NCBI RefSeq assembly: GCF_000427095.1
Contig: NC_021487.1
Location: 1,358,924 to 1,390,923 of the forward strand
DNA from: Chthonomonas calidirosea T49
Lineage (GTDB): Bacteria > Armatimonadota > Chthonomonadetes > Chthonomonadales > Chthonomonadaceae
DNA: 32,000 nt
Reading direction: 5' to 3'
A program made the translations under genes and the position numbers. Position 1 is the first letter of the stretch; each line of letters starts with the position of its first letter. Positions 1-10,300 of this stretch are shown here, one piece after another. The notes beneath the pieces were generated by a model that was given only the letters and a program-made list of their open reading frames with translations, was not told where the DNA came from and did not search any database.

Positions 1-836
1 CCGCCGGAGCCTTGCGATTTCCCTGTTGTATCGGCTTTTGATGCTATAGCAGCCATCTTTGCAGCCCCCTTCGGATCTTTCCACAGCACCACAATAACCT
101 GCCCTTCGGCATCGGCCTGTCCATCGCCTATACGAACCCGCAAGCTCAAGGGCAGATTCACTGCCACGCGCACCACGTCGGGCTTGAACTGCCCTACACG
201 CAAGTTTTGTGTCTGTGGATCGTCGTCGGGCAGGGTCTGATTGGGCTCATCAGAGGATAGTTTTGCGCCAAGACAGTCCACATAGCCTACACGCTGTCCA
301 TCCTCATCTATCATGCGCACCTGGTAGGGTACGGGGAAAGAGGTAGTAAAGCGTATCGCTCCCTGCTGTAGACGCACATCGGTGACGCGTGCCAACAGGT
401 AAACTTCGTCGAAACTCGTCGCCTTCGGCGTACGATTGTCATGGCTATCCACCGTGAGGATATCCGCGGGAAGCAGACGTGCTAAGTCGGAGAGCGCCAG
501 CATAGGCTTCCCTTCCGGTCGTGCAACGGCAAGCTCAGCCTCCTGCATAGGATGCCCATAGGTGATCTCTACGGCATCTCCCCGTTTGTTGAGATGTCCC
601 TGGGCCCCAACCATCCCAAGGATATCGAGCGGAACGAAGGTTTCGTTGCCGTCGGTTAGCGGCGAACTCGAAGCCTCTAACGGCTTATCTCCCACAAAAA
701 CGCGGACGGGGCGTAGCGTGCTATCCGCTTTCGCTTGTCTCCAAGACAGACAAAACATGCTCCCTAAAACGCAGATAAGAAGCGCGATCTGAGGCCTTAT
801 GAAGCAGCTATTAACGAAAGGGCTTTTCCGAAGCAT
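1..836 (-). CDS. Secreted AMIN-domain protein with a copper-amine-oxidase-N-like domain. The 3' end runs off the window. Possibly the N-terminal part of a cell-wall amidase.
   Basis: Absent from the ORF track because it has no stop inside the window. My reverse-complement translation from ATG 836..834 gives MLRKSPFVNSCFIRPQIALLICVLGSMFCLSWRQAKADSTLRPVRVFVGDKPLEASSSPLTDGNETFVPLDILGMVGAQ... and stays open to position 1. The N-terminus is hydrophobic and signal-like. VFVGDKPL...ETFVPLDIL resembles the Cu_amine_oxidN1 pattern. ...QRVGYVDCLGAKL and ...PDVVRVAVNLP resemble AMIN-domain strands. Confidence 0.7.
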   Translation of the reverse strand, partial: MLRKSPFVNSCFIRPQIALLICVLGSMFCLSWRQAKADSTLRPVRVFVGDKPLEASSSPLTDGNETFVPLDILGMVGAQGHLNKRGDAVEITYGHPMQEAELAVARPEGKPMLALSDLARLLPADILTVDSHDNRTPKATSFDEVYLLARVTDVRLQQGAIRFTTSFPVPYQVRMIDEDGQRVGYVDCLGAKLSSDEPNQTLPDDDPQTQNLRVGQFKPDVVRVAVNLPLSLRVRIGDGQADAEGQVIVVLWKDPKGAAKMAAIASKADTTGKSQGSG

Positions 837-965
837 GGCCTTTCCCTCACTTGCTAGGATTTTTGCCTGAACGACCGAAGACGCATACATTTGGGCGTTT
901 GTGCTCTATATTCCTACATTTTCGGAAAGATTCCTACCCACTCTAGAACGGTGTCCAGAGGAATG

Positions 966-1005
966 CCGAAAAACAGTACGGCAGACCCGGCTGAGGGCCT
1001 GCCGT
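966..1005 (-). terminator. Rho-independent terminator downstream of the 1037-1465 gene
   Basis: The minus strand reads ACGGCAGGCCC-TCAGCC-GGGTCTGCCGT. This is an 11-bp stem with one G.U pair and a 6-nt loop (978-1005). It is followed by ACTGTTTTTCGG. Confidence 0.65.
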
Positions 1006-1036
1006 TTATAAAGAGACAGTTGATAGACCGTAGAAG

Positions 1037-1465
1037 TTACAACTTGATGTCGAGTAGGCCGCTTATGCCCACGCCGGGTATGCGCCGGATGTTCTTTATG
1101 CTTTTGGTCTCTACAGGAACAAGCCCTCGAATACGCAGCCCAATCGAACTGAAACGCCCCTCAAACTGCACAACGGCCTGGACTTTGTTCACGGCAGAGC
1201 GTGGCCCCATCACCTGCACACCGCCCACTTCGGTACCGTCGCCGGCAGAAATAACCGGCACAACCTTTGTTGCGTAATTGGGGTTGTTTTGGGGTGTGCG
1301 TGTAAGATGATCGATCGCACTGTTGATCTGTGGCCCGAATTTGCTGATGACAAACGCCACCCCGCCCGCCTTCAGCAAGGAACCGAGAATGTCGGCACTG
1401 ACCATGCCTGCGGAGAAGCAGAGCAACACCAGCATGATGGTGGCTTTATTGACCTGGCGTTTCAT
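1037..1465 (-). CDS. Small secreted hypothetical protein (about 142 aa)
   Basis: ORF 1037-1489. I prefer the internal ATG at 1465 (MKRQVNKATIMLVLLCFSAGMVSA...). It has AGGAGG 11 nt upstream and starts directly with a signal-peptide-like segment. ATG 1489 abuts its AGGAGG with no spacer. I recognise no family. Confidence 0.6.
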   Translation of the reverse strand: MKRQVNKATIMLVLLCFSAGMVSADILGSLLKAGGVAFVISKFGPQINSAIDHLTRTPQNNPNYATKVVPVISAGDGTEVGGVQVMGPRSAVNKVQAVVQFEGRFSSIGLRIRGLVPVETKSIKNIRRIPGVGISGLLDIKL

Positions 1466-1571
1466 ACTTTCTTTTACCTCCTGTTTCATCCTCCTACCGT
1501 TCCGATAGAAGCATCGCTACTTAGTGTAGCACATTATCTCCTGCTTTTTTGTCAGCAATACCACCCTCAGG

Positions 1572-3992
1572 TTAACGCTTTGGGCGATCTCGTGACGTGC
1601 TGGAGCCACCACTCGCATGGTTTCCTCCGCCACTGGGGCTGCTCGGCGCTACATGGGGCGCGGGCGGAGGCGACGGTGCATGATAGACAGGGGGCGATGG
1701 CGCAGGCGGTGGCACGTAGGGGGCCTCTCGTCGCGGCGGCACAGCCGGCGGGTTCCACGTTGGCTGAACTGGATGTGGTGTGTATGTCGGCAAGCCACGA
1801 TCATCATGGAACTGCGATGGAGTATAAGGAAGCATTTGTGGCGGAGCGCCGCGCTCTACGGGTTGCTGTGACCGGTTCCCAGGCCACTGCGGGCTGGGAG
1901 TAAAGCGCGGTGTGGGCGCAGTGGGACTGCTCAGCCTATTATTCGGGGACGTCCCTACACTGGGTCGGTCACGACGCTCTGAAGGCAAGAAGGGTCGCTG
2001 AAACTGTCCATTTTGAATCGGCTGGCTCGGTGTAAAGCCTAGCTCACGCCTTGCCAAAGCCGCGGCATCGGCCGCTCTGTTCTCGTTCGTTCCATAATTA
2101 CCTACCCGACCTGGTGCCCGACGATCGGTAAGATAGGATGGGGACAATGGTCTTACTCGAGATGTTATTTCCGAAGGCGGCATCGTCGTTCCGTTCACCG
2201 CGGGGCTAGACGCTCGTACGCCGAAGTCCCTTGAACGCGATGGGGAGAACTCCGACAGATCAGAGCCGCTACGATACGAACGAACGAGTGGTGGTAGAAC
2301 ATGCGAGGGGTTTGTGGGTGTCGTCTGCTCGATACCGACACGCCCTCGCACCGAGGCCGTCGGAGCATGAAATACCGCACGTGTCTGCAAAGCTGATGGA
2401 GGTGTAACAAGCGGTACCCGTGAGCGCACAGGGATGAAAGAGAGCGGTGTTGGAAGCACGCTTGGCGGGCCGGCAATCGGTTCTACACTTTGATTGGTCT
2501 CTGGTGCTTGGCCCCTGGCGAAGAGATCGGCCTCTGAAGGCGGCAGCGGATGATAGGCACTTGCTTCACGGAAGGTGGCGAGGGTGGCATAGGTGGCTCC
2601 AGGCGCTCGGCGCGCGTTGCGCGGGACAAAGAGCACACTGCCTCGATTCAGATGCGTTGCCGCGTAGTACTCTGTTGTCTGCTGGAACCGCTGAAACGCC
2701 GTTAAGGGAACACCAGGAGGTGCTTCATTGATATTCGTTACATTGTTAATGTAGGTCACCTGATTCACATACACCGTATCGAAAGGTCGTGGCACACAGT
2801 AAGAGGAGGCTACGGGGTAGTAGACGGCTGCTTGTGCAATCGAGAAGTAGGCAGCCCAATCCCCATGAGCAAACGCAATGGTGAGCGTGCTCGGATAGCG
2901 AACCTCTTCAGGAGCCAACGGTGCCCAGATCACGCGGTCTTCACAGACGCTGAAATCCACCACGGCTGGCTGCCAGTATTGACAAGCAGGGCCTGGCACC
3001 CATGCCCAACCAAACGGCTCATAAACCCAGGTACCGTAGTGATAGGGTGCCCAGCCCCACGGCTCATCGGAGACCCACGTCCAACCAAAAGGCACTACCC
3101 ATACCCAGTGGCCATCGCAATAGGGGCGCCAGTCCGCCCGGGTAATGTGAGGGCACCAAACGTAGCCGTAATTGGGGGTATAGCGCCAATCGCCGTAGTC
3201 GTCCAAATCGCCAGCCACCAAGCCGATGTTAGGTGGCAGATGCTGGGTACCATACAGCATTACCCGATCACGATGATCGTTCCAAAGGTCCCACTCATCT
3301 TCGGGAGGCGCAGGGTGAACGTTGTACGGGCTATCTATACTTCGGAGAAAAACGTAGTCGCCTGCCCGTAGTTCCGCCTCCCCTTGCTCTCCATCCAGCA
3401 CGGCGCGTCCCTCCTGCACACAAACCTCCACGCCATCTCCTACCCCGACGCGCACACGTGCCTTTTCGTTGACTTTAATCGAGGCATCCGGCGTATCTAT
3501 CTGATAGATGGAGTAGGCGTGGCGCGTTACCATGGTGGCCAATCCATTGGTTAAAATGATCTGTGTAAACTCCCCTTGGGAATCGCTGTAGAGCGTCTGC
3601 AAGGTCGCAAGAGCACCCCCTCCCAACCTCAATAGGCTGCCGTCATCAAACTGAATCTCTGCACGGCCTCCATCCGTCACCCATACCTGTGCCCCTTGCC
3701 TAATCGGCAGATTCACCGAGGCATAACTCCAATCAGCAGAGGTGCTAGGACGCCACGTTACGTTGCCTTCCACGTAAGAGAAGCGCGCTAGGCGCACAGC
3801 CCCCGCTTCATTCTGCTGGGACGGAGACAGTGTAGTCTCAGAAGGAGTAGAAGGGGTAAAAGTGCTTGAGCCGTTCTCTTGAATGCGATATCCTTGGCCA
3901 TCATCCTGAGCAAACCCCACACGACTCAGCAGCGTGAATGCCACAGCCATCAACAGCGTGATCACCGTCATAAAGTAGCATCTCTTTCGCAT
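1572..3992 (-). CDS. FecR-domain / DUF6600-type Trp-rich repeat protein with a roughly 330-aa Pro/Ser/Thr/Arg-rich C-terminal tail
   Basis: 806-aa ORF with GAGGTG 7 nt before the ATG and an N-terminal signal or TM segment (MTVITLLMAVAFTLLS). It has a FecR-like segment (VRLARFSYVEGNVTWRP...AEIQFDDGSLLRL). The W/G/Y-rich block GDWRYTPNYGYVWCPHITRADWRPYCDGHWVWVVPFGWTWVSDEPWGWAPYHYGTWVYEPFGWAWVPGP is typical of DUF6600. Confidence 0.8.
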   Translation of the reverse strand: MRKRCYFMTVITLLMAVAFTLLSRVGFAQDDGQGYRIQENGSSTFTPSTPSETTLSPSQQNEAGAVRLARFSYVEGNVTWRPSTSADWSYASVNLPIRQGAQVWVTDGGRAEIQFDDGSLLRLGGGALATLQTLYSDSQGEFTQIILTNGLATMVTRHAYSIYQIDTPDASIKVNEKARVRVGVGDGVEVCVQEGRAVLDGEQGEAELRAGDYVFLRSIDSPYNVHPAPPEDEWDLWNDHRDRVMLYGTQHLPPNIGLVAGDLDDYGDWRYTPNYGYVWCPHITRADWRPYCDGHWVWVVPFGWTWVSDEPWGWAPYHYGTWVYEPFGWAWVPGPACQYWQPAVVDFSVCEDRVIWAPLAPEEVRYPSTLTIAFAHGDWAAYFSIAQAAVYYPVASSYCVPRPFDTVYVNQVTYINNVTNINEAPPGVPLTAFQRFQQTTEYYAATHLNRGSVLFVPRNARRAPGATYATLATFREASAYHPLPPSEADLFARGQAPETNQSVEPIAGPPSVLPTPLSFIPVRSRVPLVTPPSALQTRAVFHAPTASVRGRVGIEQTTPTNPSHVLPPLVRSYRSGSDLSEFSPSRSRDFGVRASSPAVNGTTMPPSEITSRVRPLSPSYLTDRRAPGRVGNYGTNENRAADAAALARRELGFTPSQPIQNGQFQRPFLPSERRDRPSVGTSPNNRLSSPTAPTPRFTPSPQWPGNRSQQPVERGAPPQMLPYTPSQFHDDRGLPTYTPHPVQPTWNPPAVPPRREAPYVPPPAPSPPVYHAPSPPPAPHVAPSSPSGGGNHASGGSSTSRDRPKR

Positions 3993-4229
3993 CTCTCTTC
4001 ACCTCTTCGACCTTTCGGCCGATCTCTCCTGATAAGTTATCCAATAATAATGTGCGCAACCTATTATCATTAGCGTTCAGCGTGGCACATCGGCGCCCTT
4101 TTCTCCGTATTTCGATTTGAAGTCGGAGATTGAACACCGCCTGTCAAATGCGACCTCATCGAGAGCGCCTATTTACAATGTTTGTAATAAAAGAACGAAC
4201 AGCGCGCTTTAATGTGACGACACTCTGGC

Positions 4230-4247
4230 TATAATATCGGGGAGGAG
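4230..4247 (+). promoter_or_regulatory. Candidate -10 box (TATAAT, 4230-4235) and Shine-Dalgarno site (GGGGAGGAG, 4239-4247) for the 4256 gene
   Basis: TGGCTATAAT lies 21 nt upstream of ATG 4256. A strong purine-rich SD sits directly before the start. The -35 element is weak. Confidence 0.3.
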
Positions 4248-4255
4248 CTTCTCTC

Positions 4256-5266
4256 ATGGGAAAATTTTTAAGAACCTGCTTCCATCTTGTCGGTTGGTTA
4301 ATTACCGCAGGCCTTGTCGGCAACTGCATTCCCATCCCATCTAAACTCCCGCTTACGTGGGTTGCCGACATCCCTCTGCCTGGAGGAACGAGCCGATTCG
4401 ATTACGAGAGTCTCGATCCCGTCCACCATCTCCTTTTCATCGCACATTTGGGAGCGGATAGTGTTGTGGTTTTTAATACCCAAAAACGCAAAGTAGTTGC
4501 GGTTATCCCTAATCTACCCTCTGTTCACGGTGTCCTTGTTGTTCCCTCCATCAAACGCATTTATGCTTCAGCCACCGGTGAAAATAGGGTAGCTGCCATT
4601 GACGAAGGCTCTCTACACATTCTTGCACGCATTCCAACCGGAAACTACCCAGACGGCATGGCCTACGATCCGTTGAACAAAAAGCTCTATGTATCTGACG
4701 AATTTGGGCGCACTGAAACCGTCATAGATACGCAGACGAATCGCCGTTTGAAGACCATCCCGCTTGGAGGCGAGGCAGGAAACAGCCAATACAATCCAAT
4801 TGACCACCGCATCTATGTGGACGTGCAAACGTTGAACCAGCTCGTTGCGATAGATCCTGGCACGGATACAATTGCTGCTCGCTACCCTATTCCGCCTACC
4901 TGCGAGCGCGATCACAGTTTGCTCATCGCGCCGGCTCAGATGCTGGCCTTTGTCGCTTGTGAGGGCAATGCAAAGCTTGCTGTTTTCTCTTTAAAGACCA
5001 TGCGTTTTCTGCCGTCGGTATTTACGGTGGGCCAAGACCCTGATGTTCTTGCATTTGACCCATCGCTCCATCGCCTTTATGTGGCAAGCGAAAGTGGCGT
5101 GCTTGCCGTTTTTCAGGTAGAAGGCGCCGTGCTGCACAAGCTTGGCCAAGCGTATCTGGCGTACCGTGCCCATAGTGTGGCGGTAGACCCACAAACTCAG
5201 GAAGTCTACCTACCGTTGCAGAATGTAAAAGGTCATGCTGTACTGCGCATCCTTCGTGAGAATTGA
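4256..5266 (+). CDS. YncE-like / YVTN-repeat beta-propeller protein, probably exported
   Basis: 336 aa with a hydrophobic N-terminus (LVGWLITAGLVG). Repeated units are of the type ...PDGMAYDPLNKKLYVSDEFGRTETVIDTQTNRRLKTIPLG..., ...NPIDHRIYVDVQTLNQLVAIDPGTD... and ...LAFDPSLHRLYVASESGVLAVF... Confidence 0.75.
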   Translation: MGKFLRTCFHLVGWLITAGLVGNCIPIPSKLPLTWVADIPLPGGTSRFDYESLDPVHHLLFIAHLGADSVVVFNTQKRKVVAVIPNLPSVHGVLVVPSIKRIYASATGENRVAAIDEGSLHILARIPTGNYPDGMAYDPLNKKLYVSDEFGRTETVIDTQTNRRLKTIPLGGEAGNSQYNPIDHRIYVDVQTLNQLVAIDPGTDTIAARYPIPPTCERDHSLLIAPAQMLAFVACEGNAKLAVFSLKTMRFLPSVFTVGQDPDVLAFDPSLHRLYVASESGVLAVFQVEGAVLHKLGQAYLAYRAHSVAVDPQTQEVYLPLQNVKGHAVLRILREN

Positions 5267-5325
5267 ACAAAGATATCAAAAGAAAGGTATAAAACCTTGA
5301 ATACAAAACGCACGAGGCTGCGCCG

Positions 5326-5991
5326 ATGAATATACTGATCGTAGAGGACGATAAGAGCGTCGCCCGCTTTCTACAGCAAGCCCTTACTGAGGCCGGCTAT
5401 ACCACACAGGTTGTCGAAGATGGGGAGACTGCACTCCACTTGGCCGTGAGCATCGCCTTCGATCTTATCCTTCTCGACGTCATGCTGCCCCGCAAGGATG
5501 GCTTTGCCCTTTGTAAGGAGTTGCGGGCGGCCTCGGTTACCACCCCCATCCTCATCATCACCGCTCGTGACACGCTAGAAGACAAAATTGAAGGGCTTGA
5601 TAGCGGTGCCGATGACTACATCGTTAAACCTTGCCAGATAGGTGAACTGTTGGCAAGAGTACGCGCACTTCTACGGCGCGGTACCTCTAGCCCACCGGTG
5701 CTTCGCGTTGCCGATCTCACTTTAGACCCGGCCACCCGAAAAGTCTGCCGCCAGGGAAAAACCATCCATCTCTCTATGACGGAGTTCGCCCTCCTGGAAT
5801 ATCTCATGCGGAATGCAGGGCGCGTGGTAACACGCTTAATGATTCTGGAACATGTCTGGCAGTACGACTTTGAAGGCAACGATAATGTGCTCGATGTCTA
5901 TATTAGCTACCTGCGCAGCAAGATTGACCGTGGTTTTGCCCGCCCACTCATTCACACGGTACGTGGCGTAGGCTACCGTTTGGAGGGCTAA
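5326..5991 (+). CDS. OmpR-family response regulator (CusR/CopR-like)
   Basis: 221 aa. The receiver domain reads MNILIVEDDKSVARFL...DLILLDVMLPRKDG...TARD...GADDYIVKP. The C-terminal winged helix reads ...LSMTEFALLEYLMRNAGRVVTR...VRGVGYRL. Confidence 0.9.
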   Translation: MNILIVEDDKSVARFLQQALTEAGYTTQVVEDGETALHLAVSIAFDLILLDVMLPRKDGFALCKELRAASVTTPILIITARDTLEDKIEGLDSGADDYIVKPCQIGELLARVRALLRRGTSSPPVLRVADLTLDPATRKVCRQGKTIHLSMTEFALLEYLMRNAGRVVTRLMILEHVWQYDFEGNDNVLDVYISYLRSKIDRGFARPLIHTVRGVGYRLEG

Positions 5992-5994
5992 CCC

Positions 5995-7305
5995 ATGCTT
6001 TTTAACTCCATGCGTTGGCGCATGACCCTGGTGTTTTCCGGAGCTACAGCCATCCTTTTGCTCATTGCCTGCTACGTTACCATCCGTTACTCTCGAATCA
6101 CCATGGAGCGTAGCGCCGACATTCTCCTCCAGACGGCTGCGAAAAAAGTACGACACGAGCTCGCCCACCTACAGCCAAACGAGACCACCCTCTACGAGCT
6201 TACCGAACAGGAGCGTGACCTTACAGAAGAGAATATCGCCTTGCAGATGCTGAATTCACATGGCAAACTTGTGTGGTCGTCCACCTCGCAAATGCCGGTT
6301 TGGCCTTGGGGGGATAGAGATGATTGGCGAGGAACGTCGTTTCGCTTTGGCTCCGGTACCATTGTCATTGGGCTGCCCTGGCTTAAACACGAACGATCTC
6401 AAGAGCGTTTAGAGATAACATTAATTGTGTTAAGTCTTTTTATTTTCTTTACAGTAACCGGTGGTGCTTGGCTTTTGGTAGGCCGTACGCTCTCGCCTAT
6501 CGGCCGTTTGGCGGGGCAAGCACGCTCGGCATCGGTGGAACGTATGCGCGTTCATCTCACAGCTCCTTCGAAGGACGTTGAGATCGTCGAGCTTGTGGTC
6601 ACTCTCAACGGCCTACTCGACCGCCTTGCCGAATCGGCGGCAGCCCGTGGGCGTTTCTATGCTGCTGTCTCTCATGAGCTGCGAACGCCTCTCCAAGCGC
6701 TTTACGGCCATCTAGAACTGGCCCTACAGCGCCCACGCAGTGAAACAGAATATCGTGTCTACGTAGAGGAGGCACTCGCTCAAACACGCCGGCTCGCCGC
6801 GCTTGTTCGTGATCTCCTTCTATTAAACCGTATTGAGATGGCTCCTACCCCCTCCAGCGAGGCCCTAGACCTTGTGGAAATCTGCGAACGCCAACTTGTC
6901 CATTATGCCTCTTTGGCGGCCAAACGCCATCTTCAACTCCATACAGAATTTCCGCCATTCCTTGAGATTATAGCCCCTACCAACCACGCCGAGATGCTGG
7001 TAAGAAACTTGGTGGAAAACGCACTTAAATACGCCAAAGAAGGTGGTCAGGTACGCATCGCCTTAAAGTCCTCTACCCCAGGCACCGATCTGGAGATTTT
7101 CAACGAGTGCACCCCTCTCGCCCCAAGCGAGTTGGAGCGTCTTACGGAACCTTTCTATCGGCCCGATAGTTCCCGAAACACGGCCACCGGCGGTAATGGA
7201 CTCGGCCTCACCATCTGCAAAGCCATTGCAGATACGTGCGGCTGGAGCCTAGAGCTATGCTCCGTTCCTACCGGTTTCCTATGCCGAGTCCATTTCCCCT
7301 GTTGA
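5995..7305 (+). CDS. Two-TM sensor histidine kinase (CusS/heavy-metal-sensor-like architecture)
   Basis: 436 aa. It starts 4 nt after the regulator's stop. TM1 is at the N-terminus and TM2 is ITLIVLSLFIFFTVTGGAWLLVG. The H-box is FYAAVSHELRTPLQAL, the N-box is LVENALKYA and the G2 box is GGNGLGLTICKAIA. Confidence 0.9.
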   Translation: MLFNSMRWRMTLVFSGATAILLLIACYVTIRYSRITMERSADILLQTAAKKVRHELAHLQPNETTLYELTEQERDLTEENIALQMLNSHGKLVWSSTSQMPVWPWGDRDDWRGTSFRFGSGTIVIGLPWLKHERSQERLEITLIVLSLFIFFTVTGGAWLLVGRTLSPIGRLAGQARSASVERMRVHLTAPSKDVEIVELVVTLNGLLDRLAESAAARGRFYAAVSHELRTPLQALYGHLELALQRPRSETEYRVYVEEALAQTRRLAALVRDLLLLNRIEMAPTPSSEALDLVEICERQLVHYASLAAKRHLQLHTEFPPFLEIIAPTNHAEMLVRNLVENALKYAKEGGQVRIALKSSTPGTDLEIFNECTPLAPSELERLTEPFYRPDSSRNTATGGNGLGLTICKAIADTCGWSLELCSVPTGFLCRVHFPC

Positions 7306-10300
7306 ACCATCATCTGCCCTTGATGCACCCGCTAACCGGTACAACGGTTCGCCATCGTGTCCCTGAGGCGTCGTGCGACAGATGTCAGAATAGGGACAAA
7401 AACGACAGTGGGTTCCCGGTCTTGCCGCCACATAGCCCTGCCGCATGGCGTTCGCATGATGGATGGCAGATTCAATGGCAGCCTGCTGCATGGCCTTATA
7501 CTGCTCGTCGTTTAACGGCTGAACTTGGTCTCCTTTCTCACGCTCTGGGATCAGCTTGAATCGCTGAAAAGCTACCCTGCTTGTACGAAAGAGGCGAGTA
7601 CGCGCGTTTTGGGCTGCGAAATCAATGCAGAGTCCTCCTACCTTCATCCCAAAAAGACGCTCTAGGGCTAGCATCATCAGTGGCCATCGAATCGCCTTAC
7701 CGCTTGTGATATCCGACAAGGACGGGGGCGGCGCGGTTGTGTAGTCCATCAAAAAAACGAAATCGCCATTGGCTTCTCTATCTATCCGATCCACAACACC
7801 ATAAAGCGCAAGCGGCTCTCCACCCTGCGGGTCGGGAATTATCAGTGGCTGTGCCGAAGAGTTCGGATCGTACATGGCCGAATTTGCATGCGGTACACCG
7901 AACGCCAGACGAAAATAGAGAGGCTGAAGGGGCAAGCACCGGCTATAAAACTGCTCCTTATCTGCAATAGCCTTTAGGAGACGCATCAGCCCCTGCCATA
8001 AGAGACGTTTACGGTGCGGCGAGATGTCGGCAACAAGATTTTGAAGCTCGGCCTTCAAAGCTTTTTCTAGAAGAGCTTCTTCAAGCGGCTGCCCATCGGC
8101 AACCGATAGTTCAGAGAAGGCACGGTATAAAACATCACGAAGCAACTTCGCTTGTAGCATAGCGAAGCTGGTTTGGATGTTTACTCTCAGTTGTAGGCGG
8201 TACTGCAGGAAGTGACGGAAGGGACAAAGCGCATAGACTTCAAGCTCGGCGAGCGAACAACGTCTTGTCTTCTCACGAATCCATGTTCGCGTTGTCTCTT
8301 CCTCTACACGCGGCAGTGGGGGCAGAAATCGGGATTCGGCCACAGCATGCAAAAGCTCGACCGCCGACAGATTCTCGGCGCACAACCGCTTCACCACCGT
8401 TTGTACCTCCGCCCTCCGCTCTTCCGAAACCGCCGGGTCGAACAGAGGCACACAGAGATTCAGGAGGCGCTCACGCCACGAGCCGGCATCTTCCGAACGC
8501 GGCGCCACATCGGCCAAACGGCGTGAGATCACATGTAGCAGCTCCGGACGAGATTCAAGCGCTTGCTTCACCTCCTCCAGATAGAAAGAGGGAAGCGTAT
8601 CGGCCTCTCCACTGCTCCGCGGGTAGGAGAGAATAAGGCGTTCTGAAGGGGCTGTGACCGCTAAGTAGAACAGTAAGCGTTCTTCATTGACACGCGCCTC
8701 ACGTGGTGCCAGGTAAAGACCTGTTTGTTCATACAACCGACGGCGCACAGCATCCGGTAAGAAGGGGTTCTCGGTAAGGCGACGCGGAAATAGGCGCTCT
8801 AAAAGTCCCATTACAGCTACAACACGAGGCCGCCTTTGATGAATATCATACGGCTCCGAAATCCAGACCTGGTCTTCTCCCAACCCTACTACAACCGTAC
8901 TATTATGCCATGCCGAGATGAGCCTCTCGACAAAATCGCCAAAAGGCATCTGTTCCCGGTCGGTAAGATACATCATATCGGCCATGGAGTAAAGAGTTTC
9001 CATAGCCACACGGCAAGCCTCCTGGTCGCGTCTCTGTTGCAAAGGTTCACCGAGCTCAATAGCCTCTTTGAGACCGAAATCCTCAAACAGGATCTCTATC
9101 TCCTCGGCTAAATGCTGAACGCTCTGTGCCTGCAGCAACCGCTCGGATCGATTCAACATCGTATCGAGAAGTTGAGCGGAGGATGGCGCGAGATCCGGCA
9201 ACAGGGCTGCCCACTCTTCTTTGCCTTGCCTTATTCCCTTCTCATTAGCAAGCAGCCTTAACCGCTCCACATCCTCATAGGACGGTTGGGTATAAGAGGA
9301 CTTGAAAAACGTTAGCACGGCATCGCGAGGCCAGTCGTGTCGTACAATATCAAGAAAGGTGATGAGGCTACGTATTAGCGGATTCTCGGCAACGGGTTCG
9401 CCTCCGAAGGTACCTATGGGAACGCCATAACGCTCAAAAACGGAGACAAGAGTCGGCGCATAGGCTTGGACATTGCGCACCACCACAGCAAAATCGCTCC
9501 ATTGATACTTCCCTGTGTCGTGCAGATTTTGAAAGGCACGCGCCACCATCTCCGCTTCCATATAGACATCAGGGGCATCAAAGAGGAGAATAGGCTCTAG
9601 ATTCGCATCTGCCAAAGGCTTAGAGCGCGTTTCATGAAAAAGACACAGAGCTAACACATCTGCAACCGACAAGGGGGGCTGAGCCATGTTGAGAAACGTC
9701 TCACGGCACTGAAAGTCGGCCTTTAATCGCCGGATCGTCGGCTCCGCCGAAGCAAAGAGCAGAGGTCGCTCTGGATCGTAGAGCAGAGTCACTAGGAACT
9801 GCATTTGCGTAAAGCGCTCCGCCAGCATCGTCAGCAGGGTGCTTTGGGCGGGATAGAGGGAATAAAAGCCATCTAAAATCAGGGTATCGAAGCTTTCTAA
9901 CCAACGTACGGGCCCCGCTTGCAAGCGCTCTTTTGCCAGTAGCAGCATGCCCTCGGCATCCTGTCGGCGATGTTGCTTTAGAAACCTCTCGTAGGCCCCA
10001 TAGAGCCTTGCAAGTTCGAGAAACTTATCTGCTTCGCGCGGATTTCCCGTCTCCTCCACAGCCATTGGCCCCATGGCTTGTATGTCTTCTGGCGAAAGCC
10101 CCGAAAGCTTCCACTCTCGAATCTGTTCGAGCATGGCAGAGAGGAAGCCGTCATAAAAACGCATGGGGGCGAGGTAATCGTCCTGATAGAGCCATCTTTC
10201 GATGATATCTTGAAGGAGCAAGCGCTGAAACGAACGTCCCACCATCTCAACGCCACTACCCTCCATGAGACGACCAATGAACTCTTGCAAGGACATCACT

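Noticed and set aside
1289-1903. Plus-strand 204-aa ORF, and other ORFs at 891-1277, 2447-2731, 2832-3371 and 3233-3472
   Set aside because: They overlap the better-supported minus-strand genes (small secreted protein, FecR/DUF6600) in antisense. Their sequences are Arg/His/Trp-rich nonsense-like strings with no motifs.
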